In this document: in pieces, positions 28,140 to 37,531 of the stretch
Layout: each line of letters begins with the position of its first letter
Position numbering within the stretch: position 1 is the stretch's first letter
DNA from: an uncultured Candidatus Micrarchaeota archaeon
Lineage (GTDB): Archaea > Micrarchaeota > Micrarchaeia > Anstonellales > Bilamarchaeaceae
Direction of reading: 5' to 3'
DNA length: 64,000 nt
Assembly (NCBI GenBank): GCA_963714085.1
Contig: OY970229.1
Coordinates: 376,392 to 440,391, forward strand
Program-made: the position numbers and the translations under genes
Notes under the pieces: model-generated
The model's database searches: none
What the model was told of the DNA's origin: nothing
What the model saw: only the letters and a program-made list of their open reading frames with translations

Positions 28140-28163
28140 GGGCTTAGATGCCCCGGGCGCCGG

Positions 28164-31100
28164 CTAGTCCTTCTTGTTGCCGCCACGCAATTTCCGGTAT
28201 GCCAGGTACGCCAAAATCATGATTACTATGATCGGCAGCGCCCAGTAGTAGTTCAGCGGCTGCTGGACCACGGCAGGCCTGGAGACCTGGGTTGCCGGAG
28301 GGGACAGCCCGACCGCGATGGGATGCATCTTCACGGATACGCCGGCCAGCATCAGCTTGACCGTGTAATTGCCCTGGAAGTCTAACGGCAGCAGGAATTG
28401 GCCATCCGCGTTCGTGACCGTATTGAACGAGGCGCCGTCGGGGAGCATTATCTGGAGCGAGGCATCTGGCAGCGGCTGGCCATCCAGCGTGACCGTGACC
28501 GTTCCCTGCCCGCCCACCAGTCCCTCGTTATCACCCGTGAGGTCAAGAACCTCGCACTTATGTGCGACGCAGATGTTTGCCACAGGGCAGTCTGCGTCCG
28601 CGCAGCATTCGTAGGAATGCCAGGTATGGTTTGCGGCGAATCCGCATGTGCCGTTCATCGGTTTGCAGGTACCGCCGAGGCAGGCCTCGCTGCCGCTGCA
28701 GTCGGCGTCCAGCGCGCATGCGTTTTTCTGAGGGACCGGATGTTCGAGTGTGACGTTTCCTGTGGGTATTATGGGGGATTCGATGCCGCCGCCTCCACCG
28801 CCTCCGCCACCGTAGCCTCCGCCGCCACCTCCACTACCCCCACCGCCGCCTCCGCCGCCACCGCCTCCTGAGGAAATCGTGAAGCCGTAGGTCGCTGATG
28901 AGTTCGTATTGTTGAAGATGTCCCTGCAGGTGACGTTCCAGGCGTAGCTTCCCAGCGCCGTCAGCACCGATATCTGGTCTGGGGATCCGCTCACGACGCT
29001 GGCGTTGGTGTAGTTGAGCAGCCCGTCCAGGTAAAGCGAGCAGTTCATCGTGGGGGACATTGCATCCGTTGCCGTGAAGATGAGGTTGACGGTGATCGGC
29101 GTGCTCGACGTGTAGGAAGCGCCGTTGGCAGGGCTGTTGAGCGCTATGTTCGGCAGGACCGAGCTGGAGTTGAAGCTCCTGGTCTCGCTCGTGTTCGCGT
29201 TGCCCGCATTGTCCGTGCAGTTGACGTACCAGGTGTGGTTGCCGTCGCTTATGCCGCTGACGTTGAAGACGGTGGCTGTGTTGTTGTTCACCGAGGAGTT
29301 GGTCTGGTTCGGGACGTTGTCAAGGAAGAGCAAGCAGCTCATCTTCTGGGCCAGGTTGTCCGTCGCGGTGAAGTTGAAGGAGACTGATGATGAATTTAGC
29401 AGTGACAGGTTGTACGGGGAATTGAGGGTCACGGATGGGACGGTCGTGTCCACTGTGAAATTCCTTGCCGCTGATACACCCAGGTTGTTTGACTGGTCAG
29501 TGCATGTGACATTCCACCGATAGAAGCCGTCCGGTATCCCAGAAACAAGCGGGAACACGGTTGTCGTGCCGTTCTGGACAGACGTATTCGTCTGGTTCAG
29601 GATGCCGTCTATGTACATCGAGCAGTTCATAGTTGTAGAGGCGTCATCAGTGGTATTGAAGCTGAAAGTTACGCTTGAGACATTGCTGATTGTTCCGGAT
29701 AACGGAGCGATGAGATTGACTGCTGGAGGGGTCGTATCATTGTCCTGGAGGATGCCGTAGATGCTTGCTGGGTTCAGGTTCGTGTAGCCCAAGGTATCGA
29801 AGACGATATCCGGGGTGTTGTTCAGCATCGTCCATGTACCGCTGTACTTCCAGAGCTGGAAACGGCTCTGGTTGTACCCGCTAGCTTCTGGATTAGTCCA
29901 GCTCCAGGCTATGGAATCTATCGATACCGTGCCGCCCTGTACGGAGATGTTAGCGAATGTCTGGGCGAAGGAAGCTTTCCCTGCTGGAAGGGATGATGAG
30001 TTGCAAGTCCAATTTATGGTGTATGATTCACCTGAGTTCACGCTGTCGTTGATGGAAAGGTTGGTGTAGTTCTGCATGCCGCCCAAGGGATTGTCGAAGA
30101 TGGAATTCACCATGCTGTAGTTGGACGAGCTGAGGCCTATGGTGTTGTTGACTATGAAGTCGTACGAGTTTTTGTGGAAATATGTGCCTGAAAGGATGGT
30201 GCCGTTCGAGTCCGATATATAGAAACCGTATCCATTGCCAGTGGCATTGTTGCTGAAGAATGTGTTGTTCAGCCCGAATTCGACATAGAAGCCGTTGCCG
30301 CTGTTGTTCGCGGCCAGGTTGTTCGTGAGGTTGTTGAGAGCCGTCATAGACAGGCCATCGCTTTCCACATCGAAGCCATCGGTGTCGTTGTATGCGAGAT
30401 TGTTGCTGAGATTGTTCGAGACCGCGTCGAATACCAGGAATCCTTCCTGGGAATCATTATTGACGATATTGTTCTGCAGTGTGTTATAGTCTCCCCCCTG
30501 GACATTGAATCCGATTCCGGAGCTGTTCGTGACATTATTCCCAATCACACGGTCCCATGAACCCTCCAAATCGAATCCGGAGCCGCTGTTCACCACCAGG
30601 TTGCTTGTGAAATTGCTCCGATTGCCATTGATAGCGAACGGATTGGAGCAGTTGATTATGGTGTTGCCCGTCACCGTGCTGTTCCGGCCGCCGAAATTGA
30701 ATACGTCGCCAGTGAGGTTCGCCGCGGTGTTGTTCGCATAGGTGGCGAAGGTGCCGTCGGCATAGGTGAAACCAGTGGTGCCAGAAGCGCTGTTGTTGAT
30801 GAAACTGCTGTTTATAGCCGTAGCATCATCATCGAATTCGTATGGGACCTGCGCACTGCTGCCATATGCCGAATTGTTCCGGATCATGGAGTTCGAAGAG
30901 TTGTAAACCGCCAGGCCTATGCTCACGTTGGAGAGGTTCAGGATGCAGTTCCGCACTGCCACATTGGTCGAATTCTGTATCGCCACCTGCGTGGGCTGGG
31001 AACCGCTGCCTGTTGAGTTCACCGTATGTCCGGCGCAATCGAAAACGACATTCGATGTGCTGTTTATCAGGATGCACGCGGTCCAGCCGTACCCGTTAGG

Positions 31101-34100
31101 CCCGTATGGATACACGCCTACGCCGCTCACGCTGCTCGGAAGCACGTATGTGCCCGGAGCGCTTATCACCTGGCAGGGGATGCTCGTCGGGATCTCGAGT
31201 ATGCCATAAACGCTCGCCGGATTCATGTTCCTGAGGCCCAGGATATCGGCGGTCGTGTCCGGAGTGCCGTTCAGCAGTACCCAGCCGGAGCTGTATTTCC
31301 AGAGCCCGAAGGTGCTCTCGTTGTGTCCGGAGGATCCTGTGTCGGTCCAGCTCCAGACGATGCTGTTGATGGACAGCGGATTGGAGCCGGGCGTTATGCT
31401 TATGCTCACGAACTCCTGCGCGAATGGTTCGTAGCCGAACGGGGGGGTGGCCGGGGCACCGCTCCAGTTGACTGAATACGATTGGGTGTTGTTACCCAGA
31501 GTGGTGTTGATGGACAGGTTGGTGTAGTTCTGCATGTTGCCCAAAGGGTTGTCAAATATGAGGCTGGAGAAGTTGGATACCATCGGAGAACCGGAATTGT
31601 CCAGCACCTCCATATCCGGACTGTTGTTGGAGAAATGCATGCCCTGCACAACAATCTGGTTGGAGTTGAATATCAGCAGGCCGATATTGGAGCTGTTGAA
31701 CGCTGCGTTGTTGGAAAGCTGGGTGGAATTGCTGTTGTTCAGTTCGAAACCGTACCGTCCCGATGCGTTGTCGCCCGTAAGATTGCCGTTGTTGCTCTGG
31801 TAGAGGCAGATGCCGAAGCTTAACCTGGAGGTTGCGGTGGAGCTGGTGATATTGTCGTTGGGACTATTGTAAATGTCGATTGCGATACTGTTCGTGGTGG
31901 TGGCGTTTGAATTGGAGATTGTCGAGGAACTGGCATTGCAGAATATTATCTGTTCCGTATCGTTTCCATTCAGGACCACCCCGTTCTGGTTATTGTAGTA
32001 GAGTATCGGCTTGCCTGTGCCTCCGCTATTGTTGTTGAGCGTATTGCTGCAGTCGCCGTAGAACCCGAAACCGCCGTTCATCGTCGTGTTGCTGACCATG
32101 TTGTTGGAGCTCAGGTAAAGGAAGACACCGGAGCTTGAGGCGGATGTTCCGGTGGAGCTGTTGAGGTTGTTGCTGTTGCTAGAGGAAAGGACGATGCCAT
32201 AGCCTGAGGAGGATGTCCCGGTGGAGTTGATGAGGTTGTTGCTGTTGCTAGAGGAAAGGACGATGCCGTAGCTTGAGCTCGATGCCCCGGTGGAGTTGAT
32301 GAGGTTGATGCCGGAGCTTGAGGCGAGGCAAATGCCGTAGCTCGAGGAGGATGTCCCGGTGGAGTTGATGATGTTGTCGATGCCTGGGCTTGAGTATATA
32401 ACGATGCCGTAGTTTGAGATGGATGCCCCGGTGGAGCTGTTGAGGTTGTTGCCTGAGCCTCCGTAGATGACGATGCCGTAGCCTGAGGAGGAGGCCCCGG
32501 TGGAGTTGATGAAATTGTTGTTGTTGTTGGTGGCGTCGTAATTGAGTTGGATGCCGGAGCCTGAGGAGGACGCCCCGGTGGAGTTGGTGAAGTTGTTTCC
32601 GGAGCTTCCGGAGAGGTCGATGCCTGCGTATCCGTTGGAGGTTGCGTTGGATATTCCGGTGAAGTTGACGAATATGTTGCCGGAGGACGAGGCGAGGACG
32701 ATGCCGTGGGTTAAGTTGGATGCGGCGGTGGAGCTGGCGAACGTGTTGCCGGAGGCCGAGGAGAGGAGGATGCCGTAGTTTGAGTTGGATATGGCGGTGG
32801 AGTTGGCGAACGTGTTGCCGGAGCTTGAGAGGACGTAGATGCCGTAGCGCGAGTTGGACGTTCCGCTGGAGCTGGTGAAATTGTTGTTGTTGGAGCTCGT
32901 ATCCAGGTTGATGCCGAAACCGGAGTTGCAGTTTCCGGAGGAGTTGGCGAATGCGTTGTTGGAGCTCGAGGAGAGGTATATGCCCGCGTTTGCGTCGGAG
33001 GGCGCCTGGCAGTTTCCGGTGGAGTTGGCGAATGCGTTGCCGGAGCTTGATTGGAGGTATATGCCGTAGTATGTGTTGGTGGTTCCGTTGGAGCTTATGA
33101 ATGTGTCGTTGGAGCTCGATTGTACGTAGATTGCGATGCCGTTTGTGCTGGTGGCGTTCGTATTGGAGATTGTCGAGGAGCTGGCATTGCAGAGCATCAC
33201 CTGCTCGGGATGGATTCCGTTCAGGATCACCCCGTTTTGGTTGTTGTAGTAGAGTATCTTCCTGCCGGTGCCGGCAGTGATGTTGGTGAGGTTATTGGTG
33301 CAGTCGGCGTAGAACCCGAAATCGCCGCTCAACGTATCGTTGGTGAATATATTGTAGGAGCTCGAATCGACGTAGGCGCCAAGGCCGCCGTCGGAGTTTC
33401 CGGTGCAGTTGGTGAACGTGTTGTAGTTGGAGCTTTGGGAGAGGGCGAAACCCGAGCCTGAGCCGAAGCCTGCGCCCGAGGTGATGGTCGCGGTGCAGTT
33501 GGTGAAATTGTTGTAGACGGCGCCTCCGTCGAGGCCGATGCCGGCGATACCACGTGCAACATATCCCGAAGAGGTGTTTGCGGTGCAGTTGGTGAATGTG
33601 TTGTTGGCGGAGCCGTGGAGGTAGATGCCGTTGTTTCCCCCGGGGGTGGTTGCGATGAGATTGACGACTGTGTTGCCGAATCCGCCCCACATGACCATGG
33701 CATCTCCCCCATTTCCAAAGCCAACTTGGCCGGAGGTTGCGGTGCAGTTGGTTAATATGTTGTTGTTGCAGCTTGCGTAGAGCTCGATGCCGTTGCCTGA
33801 GGCGGAGGTTCCGTTGCAGTTGGTGAGATTGTTGTTGGAGCAGCTGTAGAGGTCAATGCCGATGCCTGAGACGGCGATTCCGGTGCAGTTGACGAGTGTG
33901 TTGTAATCGGAGCCCGAGTAAAAGTAGATGCCGTCGTTTGATGAAGAGCCTGATGAAGCGGTGGTTCCGGTGCAGTTGGTGAGTGTGTTGTTGTTGGAGC
34001 CCCAGTAGAAGTAGATGCCGTGGTACCAGCTGGAGTTTCCGGTGGAGTTGGTGATATTGTTGTTGGAACTCGACTGGAGGTAGATTCCGGGAGCGTATAC

Positions 34101-35789
34101 GCTGGTGCCTTTTGCATTGAAGATGGTCGAGTAATTGACACCGCAGAATACTATCTGTTCTGTATCGTTTCCGTTCAGGACCACACCGTTCTGGTTATTG
34201 TAGTAGAGTATCGGCTTGCCGCTGCCGCCAGTGATGTTGGTGAGCGAATTGGTGCAGTCGGTGCCACTACCGAAAGCCATGCTGAAACCGCCGTCCATCG
34301 TCATGTTGGCGATTCTGTTGTAGGAGCTTCCGGGATCTATGTAGAAGGCGTAGAATGGTGCGCTCTTTGCGTAAGAGTTGGTGAAATTGTTGCTGGAGCA
34401 TCCGGAGACGCGGATGCCAAGCGCCCCGGGCCCGCCGTAGGTGGTTGCGTTGAAGTTGATGAATGTGTTGTAGTTGGAGGCTGAGTGGAGGTCGAGGGCG
34501 TCGGTTGAGACTGTGATTGCGGTGGAGTTGATGAACGTGTTGTAGTTGGAGTTTTGGTAAAGTAAAACAGCATAATATCCCCCGGAAGTGCTTCCGGTGG
34601 AATTGATGAATGTGTTGCCGGAGCTCGATTGGAGGTAGATGCCCGGTTCATAGCCGGTGGTTCCGACAGAGTTGGTGATTGTGTTGTTGGAGCTTGATTC
34701 GAGGGAGATGCCGTAGCCTACGCCGCCGCCTGTGCCGACAGAATTGGTGATCGCGTTTCCGGAGCTCGATTGGAGTGAGATGCCGTAGTATTCGTGGAAT
34801 CCGCCGCCCCCGCCGCTGTACGTTCCCGTGGAGTTGGTGATACTGTTGTTGACACTAGATAAGAGCGCGATGCCGGCGTAGGTCGAGGAGGAGGTTCCGG
34901 TAGCGTTGATGATCGTGTTGTTGGAACTCGAGTCCAGCACGATGCCGGCGTAGGTCGAGGCGCCTTTTCCAGTACAGTTGATGATTGTGTCGTAGGAACT
35001 CGCGTAGAGGTAGATGGTTCCGTTGGAGTCGATGATGTTGCTGTTGTTGGAGCCGAAGAAGTATATGCCGGAGTTTGACCCGGAGCTTTCTTTGGAGTTG
35101 GTGATGCTGTTGTAGTTGGAGTCGAGGACATATATGCCGTAGCCCGAGCTTGAGTTTGCGATGGAGTTGGTGATTGCGTTGCCGGAGCCTGATACGAGGT
35201 AGATGCCGTATCCTGAATTATAGGTCGTGCTCACGTTTGTGCCGGCTATCGTCCCGTTGGATGCGGAGCTGAAATTTATGCCGCTTGAGAAGTTGCTTAT
35301 GATGCAGTACGTGATGGTCGTGTTGAAGTTCGAGGTGTAGACCCCGTATGTTCCGGTCGCGTTGTTTCCGGTCAGCGAGTTGCCCGCGCAGGAGATCGTC
35401 ACGTTGTCCGCGGTCACATTGATGCAGGTTACGGTTGAAGTCTGCGGCCCGGTTACGTTGTACACCGTATTGGGCGAATCGGCCGTACAGCCGCAGGCCA
35501 GGTTTGCGCTGTTGCATGACGCCGCGAAGCTGATGCCGCAGAACATGAGAGATACGATGATTCCGGTCAAGAGCGCTCTGGGGGATAGGAACCAGATAAG
35601 GACTCCCATGGCAACCAGGCAGGATATCGCAAGCGCACCAGCGGCGCCGAGCGGCATATTGTTTGCATAGGATATCCGCGTGCTCCCGGTTTGAGATGGC
35701 TGGGTATGGATTAGAATCACGCAGAGAAGTAACGATACGACCAAAGCTAATAGCATCGCTGCGAGCGCACTACCTGCACGTTTGTGCAT
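28164..35789 (-). CDS. Giant surface protein, paralog 1 (2541 aa): beta-helix repeats, Ig-like modules, poly-Gly linker, Cys-rich plus beta-sandwich module, C-terminal TM anchor
   Basis: The N-terminal region is hydrophobic. It has dozens of ~22-aa coils (..SSSGNAITNSVGTGGGVGYGISLESSSNNTITNSVGT..) full of N-x-S/T. The junction motif DCTNxLTNITxGxGxxILYYNNQNGVxLNG occurs 3 times. There are three ~95-aa Ig-like repeats (..TVPSVTLNSPYN..). The C-terminus reads ...YYWALPIIVIMILAYLAYRKLRGGNKKD. Confidence 0.9.
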   Translation of the reverse strand: MHKRAGSALAAMLLALVVSLLLCVILIHTQPSQTGSTRISYANNMPLGAAGALAISCLVAMGVLIWFLSPRALLTGIIVSLMFCGISFAASCNSANLACGCTADSPNTVYNVTGPQTSTVTCINVTADNVTISCAGNSLTGNNATGTYGVYTSNFNTTITYCIISNFSSGINFSSASNGTIAGTNVSTTYNSGYGIYLVSGSGNAITNSIANSSSGYGIYVLDSNYNSITNSKESSGSNSGIYFFGSNNSNIIDSNGTIYLYASSYDTIINCTGKGASTYAGIVLDSSSNNTIINATGTSSSTYAGIALLSSVNNSITNSTGTYSGGGGGFHEYYGISLQSSSGNAITNSVGTGGGVGYGISLESSSNNTITNSVGTTGYEPGIYLQSSSGNTFINSTGSTSGGYYAVLLYQNSNYNTFINSTAITVSTDALDLHSASNYNTFINFNATTYGGPGALGIRVSGCSSNNFTNSYAKSAPFYAFYIDPGSSYNRIANMTMDGGFSMAFGSGTDCTNSLTNITGGSGKPILYYNNQNGVVLNGNDTEQIVFCGVNYSTIFNAKGTSVYAPGIYLQSSSNNNITNSTGNSSWYHGIYFYWGSNNNTLTNCTGTTASSGSSSNDGIYFYSGSDYNTLVNCTGIAVSGIGIDLYSCSNNNLTNCNGTSASGNGIELYASCNNNILTNCTATSGQVGFGNGGDAMVMWGGFGNTVVNLIATTPGGNNGIYLHGSANNTFTNCTANTSSGYVARGIAGIGLDGGAVYNNFTNCTATITSGAGFGSGSGFALSQSSNYNTFTNCTGNSDGGLGAYVDSSSYNIFTNDTLSGDFGFYADCTNNLTNITAGTGRKILYYNNQNGVILNGIHPEQVMLCNASSSTISNTNATSTNGIAIYVQSSSNDTFISSNGTTNTYYGIYLQSSSGNAFANSTGNCQAPSDANAGIYLSSSSNNAFANSSGNCNSGFGINLDTSSNNNNFTSSSGTSNSRYGIYVLSSSGNTFANSTAISNSNYGILLSSASGNTFASSTAASNLTHGIVLASSSGNIFVNFTGISNATSNGYAGIDLSGSSGNNFTNSTGASSSGSGIQLNYDATNNNNNFINSTGASSSGYGIVIYGGSGNNLNSSTGASISNYGIVIYSSPGIDNIINSTGTSSSSYGICLASSSGINLINSTGASSSSYGIVLSSSNSNNLINSTGTSSSGYGIVLSSSNSNNLNSSTGTSASSSGVFLYLSSNNMVSNTTMNGGFGFYGDCSNTLNNNSGGTGKPILYYNNQNGVVLNGNDTEQIIFCNASSSTISNSNATTTNSIAIDIYNSPNDNITSSTATSRLSFGICLYQSNNGNLTGDNASGRYGFELNNSNSTQLSNNAAFNSSNIGLLIFNSNQIVVQGMHFSNNSPDMEVLDNSGSPMVSNFSSLIFDNPLGNMQNYTNLSINTTLGNNTQSYSVNWSGAPATPPFGYEPFAQEFVSISITPGSNPLSINSIVWSWTDTGSSGHNESTFGLWKYSSGWVLLNGTPDTTADILGLRNMNPASVYGILEIPTSIPCQVISAPGTYVLPSSVSGVGVYPYGPNGYGWTACILINSTSNVVFDCAGHTVNSTGSGSQPTQVAIQNSTNVAVRNCILNLSNVSIGLAVYNSSNSMIRNNSAYGSSAQVPYEFDDDATAINSSFINNSASGTTGFTYADGTFATYANNTAANLTGDVFNFGGRNSTVTGNTIINCSNPFAINGNRSNFTSNLVVNSGSGFDLEGSWDRVIGNNVTNSSGIGFNVQGGDYNTLQNNIVNNDSQEGFLVFDAVSNNLSNNLAYNDTDGFDVESDGLSMTALNNLTNNLAANNSGNGFYVEFGLNNTFFSNNATGNGYGFYISDSNGTILSGTYFHKNSYDFIVNNTIGLSSSNYSMVNSIFDNPLGGMQNYTNLSINDSVNSGESYTINWTCNSSSLPAGKASFAQTFANISVQGGTVSIDSIAWSWTNPEASGYNQSRFQLWKYSGTWTMLNNTPDIVFDTLGYTNLNPASIYGILQDNDTTPPAVNLIAPLSGTISNVSSVTFSFNTTDDASTTMNCSMYIDGILNQTNTSVQNGTTTVFPLVSGIPDGFYRWNVTCTDQSNNLGVSAARNFTVDTTVPSVTLNSPYNLSLLNSSSVSFNFTATDNLAQKMSCLLFLDNVPNQTNSSVNNNTATVFNVSGISDGNHTWYVNCTDNAGNANTSETRSFNSSSVLPNIALNSPANGASYTSSTPITVNLIFTATDAMSPTMNCSLYLDGLLNYTNASVVSGSPDQISVLTALGSYAWNVTCRDIFNNTNSSATYGFTISSGGGGGGGGGGGSGGGGGGYGGGGGGGGGIESPIIPTGNVTLEHPVPQKNACALDADCSGSEACLGGTCKPMNGTCGFAANHTWHSYECCADADCPVANICVAHKCEVLDLTGDNEGLVGGQGTVTVTLDGQPLPDASLQIMLPDGASFNTVTNADGQFLLPLDFQGNYTVKLMLAGVSVKMHPIAVGLSPPATQVSRPAVVQQPLNYYWALPIIVIMILAYLAYRKLRGGNKKD
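28785..28868 (-). repeat. Imperfect GGN (plus-strand GCC/ACC) triplet tract encoding a 28-residue Gly linker
   Basis: It encodes GGGGGGGGGGGSGGGGGGYGGGGGGGGG, located between the Ig-like modules and the Cys-rich C-terminal unit of paralog 1. Confidence 0.9.
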
Positions 35790-35808
35790 GAGGATATTAC
35801 ATAGGTCG

Positions 35809-35819
35809 ATTTAAAAGGA
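35809..35819 (-). promoter_or_regulatory. TATA box of giant paralog 1
   Basis: The minus strand reads aatCCTTTTAAATc, then 19 nt, then ATG(35789). Confidence 0.5.
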
Positions 35820-35835
35820 TTATTTACCCGGGCCG

Positions 35836-37531
35836 CTATGGCTTCAACGGCTGCTTCTTTTTGTTCTTGCCGTTGCGCCATTTCCGGTATGCCAGGTATG
35901 CCAGGATCATGGCGATGATCAGCGGGAGCACCCAACAGTAGTTCGTCGGCTGCTGGACCAAGGCCGGCGTCGGGACCTGGGCGGCCGGCGGAGGCAGCGC
36001 GACCGCGATTATGTGCGTCTTCACAGAGGAGCCCGCCAGGAGGAGGTTGACCGTGTAATTGCCGTGGAACGAGAACGGGAGCAGGGCATCGCCGTTCGCA
36101 TCAGTGGTGGTCTGGAACGAGGCGCCGTCGGGCAGGATTATCTGGAGCGTGGCGTTCACGAACGCCTGCCCGCCCACCGTGGCATGGACCTTGCCCTGCC
36201 CTCCGACCAAGCCTTCTTTGTCTCCTGTCAGGTCGACGGGCTCGCATGTGTGCACGATGCATATGTTAGACGGCGCGCAATCGGCATCCTGGCAGCATTG
36301 GTATGAGGACCAGGCGTGGTTGGCTGCGAAGCCGCACACCCCGGTTACGGGTTGGCAGGCTCCTATGCTCAGGTTGCAGAAATCGACCAGCGGGCACTGG
36401 TCGTCCGAGGTGCAGCCCGAGCTCGGCACTGGCGGGGGCACGGGCGGGGGCGCTATCGCGCAGGTTGTGAACGTGAACGTGGCGCTTCCCGGCAGATAGC
36501 CGTTCTGCGAGCCGTCTGCCTCGTAGGTCCCGCTAGCCGAGAGCTGGAATGTCGCCGTGCCGTCGTTTCCTGTGGTCTGCTGGTCGACCAGCCCCTCGTA
36601 CGGGCTGGTGAGCAGGAGCCGTATCTTGGTGCCCGGTCCGCTGTATGCGGTCACGGTCACCTGGTTGGCCGGGCAGGGTGCCCGGGTCAAGGAAAGCGAC
36701 AATGGGACCTCGTTGGATGGGACGTACGGGGATGGCGGGATCGGAGCAGGGGTTGAAGGGGACGAAGGCGCAGCCCCGCCCAGGATGCCGAATACGCTCC
36801 CGAAACCGGTTATGTTGGCGAATACGTATGTGGAATAGGTATCCAAACCGGACGATGACGAGAAGTCCGAGGGGATCACATCCCATCCGCTGCTGTCGTA
36901 TTTCCCTATGAATAGCGTGCTCTCGTTCAGGGACGCGACGTCTGATAGCAGGTAGCTGAAGTTGAGGAAGAGGTAGGAGTCCGGCGAGTTGGCGGTGGAT
37001 TGCACGAACCTGTTGATGTCGCTCAGGCCCGTCGGATCCGGCGCGCTGGTGGCGGAGCTGTTGGTGCCGTTCTCGAAGAGTTTTATCTCGAAGGTGTTGT
37101 TCCCGAAAGTGTCGGAGCCGTCGTATTCCGCATTGTGGTCGTAGGAAATGATGTACACACGATTCGGTGCGGTGCCCGCCACGCCGTAGGTGATGTTGCT
37201 GACCACGCCGTCTGAGACAAGATCGGTCCATAGCCCGGCGACCAGGTAGTCAGAACCCTGGGTTATGCCCTGCGAGCTCATGGTGGCCTGGCCGCAGCAT
37301 GAAGGATCGGATGAAGCGACGGTCTCGTTGCTCAGGTAGATGAAGCCGTTGGTGCTTATCACGATGTGGTCGTTCTGCCTTCCGAAAAGCGTCACGTTGA
37401 ATGGGAGCAAGATGTCGTCGCTGAGAGCATCGTCGCCGGACATGGTCTGCGGACTTGAGATGTCCGATACCGGCGTGATGTCAGTCGGGATTGTGGCTGC
37501 CACTGCACCTCCAGCGGGTGTCTGTGTGTAA
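35836..37531 (-). repeat. 3' cassette, copy A (near-identical to 42703-44400)
   Basis: It is colinear with copy B at a constant offset of 6867 nt, apart from one 3-nt indel. For example, 36300-36425 is identical to 43167-43292 (126 nt). Confidence 0.9.

Noticed and set aside
28785-28868. G-rich coding strand of the poly-Gly tract as a G-quadruplex regulatory element
   Set aside because: It is mostly GG doublets interrupted by C/T/A, which reflects GGN codons. It is fully explained as a Gly-linker coding tract, with no independent evidence for a G4 role.
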